Below, piece after piece: positions 35,537 through 39,185 of a stretch of 39,185 nucleotides of DNA. Within the stretch, counting starts at the first letter, position 1. The number at the start of each line of letters is the position of its first letter. The notes under the pieces are model-generated. The model searched no databases, was not told the DNA's origin, and worked only from the letters and a program-made list of their open reading frames with translations. This DNA is from Bdellovibrionales bacterium. Lineage in GTDB: Bacteria; Bdellovibrionota; UBA1018; CAIMNF01. The stretch covers positions 1 through 39,185 of the forward strand of contig JBEIJY010000025.1 in NCBI GenBank assembly GCA_040380025.1. The letters are read 5' to 3'. The position numbers and the translations under genes are program-made.

Positions 35537-36155
35537 GATTCTTCGATCGGGAGCAGGGCGGATTCCCTTTGTCGAACTCATCGATTCAAAAGAGCAGGGG
35601 ATCGCGCTCGATGTGCGGTACGCGCGGACGGACAATTTTCTTTCGACACGGTTTTATCCGCAAGCGCGGGTGTTTTTGCTGTCGCATGTCGCAGAGGATG
35701 TGATGCGGGTGTGCGAGGATCTTCGCGCGCAGGGCCGCGGGCTCTTGATTTTTGACGGGTATCGCCCGTGGTCGGTCACAAAACAGTTCTGGGATCGTTC
35801 GAGCGTCGGGGTGCGGGAGTTTCTTGCCGATCCGGCGACGGGTTCGGCGCACAATCGTGCCTGTGCCGTGGATCTTTCGTTGTTTGATCTCGCGACAGGT
35901 CTGCCCATCGCCATGCCGAGCGATTTTGACGAGATGAACGAGAAGGCCTGGCGGGATTTTCAGGGTGGTGCGGAAGACGCGCGTCGCGAGCGCGACCGCT
36001 TGCGAACCGCGATGGAACAGCACGGGTTCACGGGGATTCCGAACGAGTGGTGGCACTTCAATCATTCGTCGCGCCACGAATGGCCGGTCATGGACTTCGG
36101 GTTCGAAGAAATTCCGCCAGTTCCGCAAAACCCGCGCCCGCTTCGTTCGCGGTGA
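35529..36155 (+). CDS. ddpX: D-alanyl-D-alanine dipeptidase (M15D, VanX/DdpX family)
   Basis: RYARTDNF, IFDGYRP, SAHNRACAVD and EWWHF motifs; no signal peptide. Confidence 0.88.
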   Translation: MIEILRSGAGRIPFVELIDSKEQGIALDVRYARTDNFLSTRFYPQARVFLLSHVAEDVMRVCEDLRAQGRGLLIFDGYRPWSVTKQFWDRSSVGVREFLADPATGSAHNRACAVDLSLFDLATGLPIAMPSDFDEMNEKAWRDFQGGAEDARRERDRLRTAMEQHGFTGIPNEWWHFNHSSRHEWPVMDFGFEEIPPVPQNPRPLRSR

Positions 36156-36876
36156 TGTATTTCGGCTGATGCCGGATTCGCGCAAGATACGGCCTGACAT
36201 TCGCAACGCCGACGCTGAAGCGAAATGCCTCGAACATCGGTTCGTCGTTCGGGGAATCGCCGGCGAATGCGAACTCTTCGAACGCAGGAAGGCCGAGCTC
36301 CGCCCCGGCGGTGTTCAAAAAGTGCCGGATGCCTTCGATTTTGGTGTACGGCCCGAACCACGTGTTGACATGAATGCTCGAGAGCTTTGCGATCGCGCCC
36401 TGCGATTCGCAGAGCCGGATCAGCCGCTCGACCTGCTCTGCGGGCCAGGGGGTGACATCTTCGCAGATGTCGATCGCGAGGTCGTATTCGCGGTAGGGTT
36501 GATCTGAGGCGAACCGCACTTCGGGGAAGGTTCGCACAATCTCGTCCCGCAGTGCCGAAAGGCGGGACTTTGCCGCAACCGAATCGGTGCCGGGCAGGGT
36601 GTCGATTCGCTTTCGGATTCCCCCGCTCATGTAGAACGAAAATGCGCCGTTTTCTCCGACCACGCCATCGACCGGCCAGAACCGTGCGATGTGGTCGCAC
36701 CAGCCGGCCGGGCGGCCGGTCACGGGAATCAGGGCAAAGCCGCTTTTTTTGAGATCCCAGAGGGCCGAGAAGGCTTCGCTTGTGATTTTTCCGTGCGAGC
36801 TGAAGGTGTCGTCGATGTCGAAGCAAAGGCCTTTGATTCGAGGCAGGTGAGGAGACAGGTCAGAGAGGGGTTTCAT
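36088..36876 (-). CDS. HAD-IIB family hydrolase
   Basis: FDIDDT, VTGRPAGW, ENGA, SSIHVN and GDSPND motifs. Confidence 0.9.
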   Translation of the reverse strand: MKPLSDLSPHLPRIKGLCFDIDDTFSSHGKITSEAFSALWDLKKSGFALIPVTGRPAGWCDHIARFWPVDGVVGENGAFSFYMSGGIRKRIDTLPGTDSVAAKSRLSALRDEIVRTFPEVRFASDQPYREYDLAIDICEDVTPWPAEQVERLIRLCESQGAIAKLSSIHVNTWFGPYTKIEGIRHFLNTAGAELGLPAFEEFAFAGDSPNDEPMFEAFRFSVGVANVRPYLARIRHQPKYITANEAGAGFAELAEFLRTRSP

Positions 36877-36882
36877 GAAAAA

Positions 36883-37485
36883 TCAATCCCGGTAGTTTAT
36901 GCCGAATGCGAAGTAGGTGTCGGAGTTCTTCAGGTTCAGGCCGAGCTCGGTGTTCCACCCGAAATGCTCGGAGGTTTTGAGGTAGGTTCCCATCGCGAGT
37001 TGCCAGACGGGGACGGAGCCACCGCTTCCGAACGAAAACCCGTAGGGAAGGGCCAGATACGGATCGACGCTCGCGCGGCTCGTGTGGAACATTTTGTGGA
37101 CATAGGGAAAGGCTTGGATTTCGGTGCGGCCCCCGCCGTTTCGCATGCTGAAGAAATAGCTCTGGGCGGCAAGGCCCGCGCCCACCTGTCCCGGCAGATC
37201 GGGAATGATGTCGAAGCTGTAGGCCCCGCCGACCCGGAAGGTTTTTTCGCCCGAGCCGGGGCCGATTCCCACCTGAAGGTTCGAGAGGGGGGTGATTCCG
37301 TAGGTGAATTTCGTGTTCATGGCGACCCCGGAGCCGCCACCGGCGGTCTCGAGGGTGGCCTCGGGCTCGAAGCCGAAGGCCCAGGAGTGGTGCTCGACGA
37401 ACTGGGGAATGGTGAACACCCCGGCATTTGCCAGAGAAGCCCAGGCGACCGAGAGCGCGGCCAGGACGCAAAGATGCTTGATCAT
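36883..37485 (-). CDS. Probable outer-membrane beta-barrel protein
   Basis: Signal peptide ending ANA; alternating hydrophobic/Gly strands; ends YFAFGINYRD. Confidence 0.7.
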   Translation of the reverse strand: MIKHLCVLAALSVAWASLANAGVFTIPQFVEHHSWAFGFEPEATLETAGGGSGVAMNTKFTYGITPLSNLQVGIGPGSGEKTFRVGGAYSFDIIPDLPGQVGAGLAAQSYFFSMRNGGGRTEIQAFPYVHKMFHTSRASVDPYLALPYGFSFGSGGSVPVWQLAMGTYLKTSEHFGWNTELGLNLKNSDTYFAFGINYRD

Positions 37486-37533
37486 AGGAGATTCAGGAGA
37501 CCGAAAAAGGGGGATTCCGTCAAGGGCCCGCGA

Positions 37534-37562
37534 TTGACAAATCCCCGGTGTTTGTCTAAAAC
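37534..37562 (+). promoter_or_regulatory. Sigma-70 promoter of tRNA-His
   Basis: TTGACA (37534-37539), 17 bp, TAAAAC (37557-37562). Confidence 0.65.
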
Positions 37563-37587
37563 CTATGAGTCCATTCTTTTTGTGTGT

Positions 37588-37664
37588 GGTGGCCATAGCT
37601 CAGCTGGTAGAGCATTGGATTGTGATTCCAAGTGTCGCGGGTTCGAGCCCCGTTGGTCACCCCA
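37588..37664 (+). tRNA. tRNA-His (anticodon GTG), with encoded G-1
   Basis: GGTGGCCATAGCTCAGCTGGTAGAGCATTGGATTGTGATTCCAAGTGTCGCGGGTTCGAGCCCCGTTGGTCACCCCA; anticodon loop TT-GTG-AT. Confidence 0.95.
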
Positions 37665-37709
37665 CTTTTTCCCCTCATGAAACTTCCATCAAGACAGCTG
37701 TTCGCGGCT

Positions 37710-38897
37710 TCATTTGAGCAAGTCATTGCAGTTTGATTTTGGAGCGAATGGATTCGGGATTTGTCGCTTTCCATGAACGAGAACCGAGTAGTCGACAAAA
37801 CGCAAGGTTCTTTCGGAGAACGCCTCGAGCCAGAGCGGTTGTTTTTCGGTGTCGTTCCAAAAGCGGGTGAGGTCCGAGGTTATTGAATTCGTCTGGTCCC
37901 GGACATATCGGATTGCCCGCAACACCCCGGAGCCGGTCCCGAAAGGCAAGCTGAGGCGCCCGAGTTTCGTTTCGGGGAATTTTCGAATCTGTTGCTCGAT
38001 GGTCAACAAGAAGATTTCCTGCGTGACTTCTTCCGATCCGATCCATTGGATCTCTTTCAGGAAGAAACCATATTTTCCGTCCACCCAGGTCCAGAGCAGA
38101 TCGCCCTTTTGGCTTCGGACCCATTTCCCGTCGCGCGAAATCTCGAATATTCCATCGATCCTGTCGTCGGACAACCATTCCATCACTCTCTCGGAGGGCA
38201 GGGTGATTTCCATGCCGGGCATCCACCGGGCGATCGGTCTGACTCCGTAGGTTGCAACCGTGTTTTCGATGAATTCCCGCGTCAAGGTCACCGCATTCCT
38301 GAAGCTCCGGTTGCCGTACATGGCATAAACGCCAAAACAAAGCGGATCCAGTCCCGGTATCGGAATGATCCCGCCCACCGCGCGCAAAAGGGGGTCCTCT
38401 CCGAATCCGAGCAGAGCGAATCCCCCGATCGTCTCAGTAAGATGCGATAGCGGAAACAGCCAAATGAGATTTTTCGCGTGAGTCACCTGATCGGGCTTTG
38501 ACACAAGAATGTAGTAGGACCGCGCGAGCCTCTCGGCCAGGTGATCCGGCCGCACCACGGTTTGCCCCAGCTTTCTCGAGAACTGCAACCAGGTTTCCCG
38601 CTTCGTGAGGTTCGAGAAAAAATCCCGGGCCCGGGCAGAAAAAGGACGCGCATCCGCGCCATGGTGATGTTCGTGCTCGTGGTTTCCTTCGACCGCATGA
38701 TGAAGCTCATCGAGAACATGGGCCACGGGATCTCCTGCTCCATGGGAGCAGCAGTGCTTCGGGTTTGCCGGTAAAATCTCGCTCGGTTGATTCTGAGGTA
38801 TTTCGGAGGAAGCGGGATCGAAAACTTCTTGCGCGAGCGCCCAGTCTGGCGCGAACAGAGCGATGAGCAGGGCATAAAAGCCTCTATTGAGAATCAT
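37710..38897 (-). CDS. Hypothetical secreted protein with His-rich segment
   Basis: ATG 38897 begins a signal peptide (WALA-Q); HCCSH...HHAVEGNHEHEHHH; ends SNCNDLLK. Confidence 0.65.
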   Translation of the reverse strand: MILNRGFYALLIALFAPDWALAQEVFDPASSEIPQNQPSEILPANPKHCCSHGAGDPVAHVLDELHHAVEGNHEHEHHHGADARPFSARARDFFSNLTKRETWLQFSRKLGQTVVRPDHLAERLARSYYILVSKPDQVTHAKNLIWLFPLSHLTETIGGFALLGFGEDPLLRAVGGIIPIPGLDPLCFGVYAMYGNRSFRNAVTLTREFIENTVATYGVRPIARWMPGMEITLPSERVMEWLSDDRIDGIFEISRDGKWVRSQKGDLLWTWVDGKYGFFLKEIQWIGSEEVTQEIFLLTIEQQIRKFPETKLGRLSLPFGTGSGVLRAIRYVRDQTNSITSDLTRFWNDTEKQPLWLEAFSERTLRFVDYSVLVHGKRQIPNPFAPKSNCNDLLK

Positions 38898-39035
38898 TCT
38901 CAATTTCTTAGTGGGCAGGGAGGCAATTTTCAAGATGAAAAAAGAGAACCAAGATGAAAACAAGACTCGGTAGAAGGCAGGAAAAAATGGTGCGAACTGG
39001 AATGAAGGTGACGTTGCCCCCAAAAACCGTAGCAC

Positions 39036-39064
39036 TTGAATCTTCCTAACGCGCCGCATATAAT
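39036..39064 (+). promoter_or_regulatory. IS-internal sigma-70 promoter
   Basis: TTGAAT (39036-39041), 17 bp, TATAAT (39059-39064); RBS AGGAAG before ATG 39087. Confidence 0.65.
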
Positions 39065-39086
39065 GCGGCAGAAAGCAGGAAGTAGT

Positions 39087-39185
39087 ATGCGCAAAACAAG
39101 ATTCACCGACGAGCAAATCGCAACGGTTTTAGCTGAGGCAAGAGCCGGGGTCTCCACTCAAGAACTCTGCCGAAAACACTCGATC
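39087..39185 (+). CDS. IS3-family transposase OrfA, N-terminus (partial; absent from the ORF track)
   Basis: Translates as MRKTRFTDEQIATVLAEARAGVSTQELCRKHSI, the characteristic HTH_Tnp_1 start. Confidence 0.88.
   Translation, partial: MRKTRFTDEQIATVLAEARAGVSTQELCRKHSI

Larger units (their letters stand above)
39009..39185 (+). mobile_element. IS3-family (IS407-group-like) insertion sequence, left end (truncated by window)
   Basis: Starts TGACGTTGCCCCC (IS3-type 5'-TG IRL), followed by an internal promoter and OrfA. Confidence 0.75.

Noticed and set aside
4832..36876. Nitroreductase and HAD hydrolase both begin MKPLSD
   Set aside because: Similarity stops after six codons and synonymous positions differ; treated as coincidence.
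1..39185. CRISPR array, cas genes, rRNA, prophage or riboswitch
   Set aside because: No regularly spaced repeats, cas motifs or phage genes seen; the region upstream of pduO is too short and lacks a cobalamin B12-box.

Overview
A gene-dense, GC-rich bacterial chromosomal segment. Gene content and protein style suggest a Bdellovibrionota-type organism (inference, not a database result). Housekeeping content: 3 tRNAs (Arg-TCG, Gly-GCC, His-GTG), pduO-type adenosyltransferase, pgsA, glpX, lnt, queA, yfgM/bamB-like pair, an Rrf2-sufC-sufD-sufS-sufU-sufT-sufB operon running directly into three lower-mevalonate-pathway genes, htpX, def, a D-Ala-D-Ala dipeptidase and a HAD hydrolase. Most notable: (1) a 200-bp long-hairpin element with 10-bp flanking direct repeats abutting a Y1/HUH-transposase-like gene whose catalytic residues appear lost; (2) an orphan, degenerate MotA/MotB pair upstream of a PAS-GGDEF cyclase with a sigma-28-like promoter; (3) an Aur1/IPC-synthase-like gene coupled to an MMPL exporter; (4) a zinc-finger protein with two tandem PBECR2-like repeats; (5) three correctly spaced sigma-54-like promoters in front of orphan or secreted genes; (6) a probable accessory region starting after tRNA-His, with an IS3-family element cut by the window end. 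No CRISPR array or rRNA was seen. All family assignments are from motif recognition by eye.
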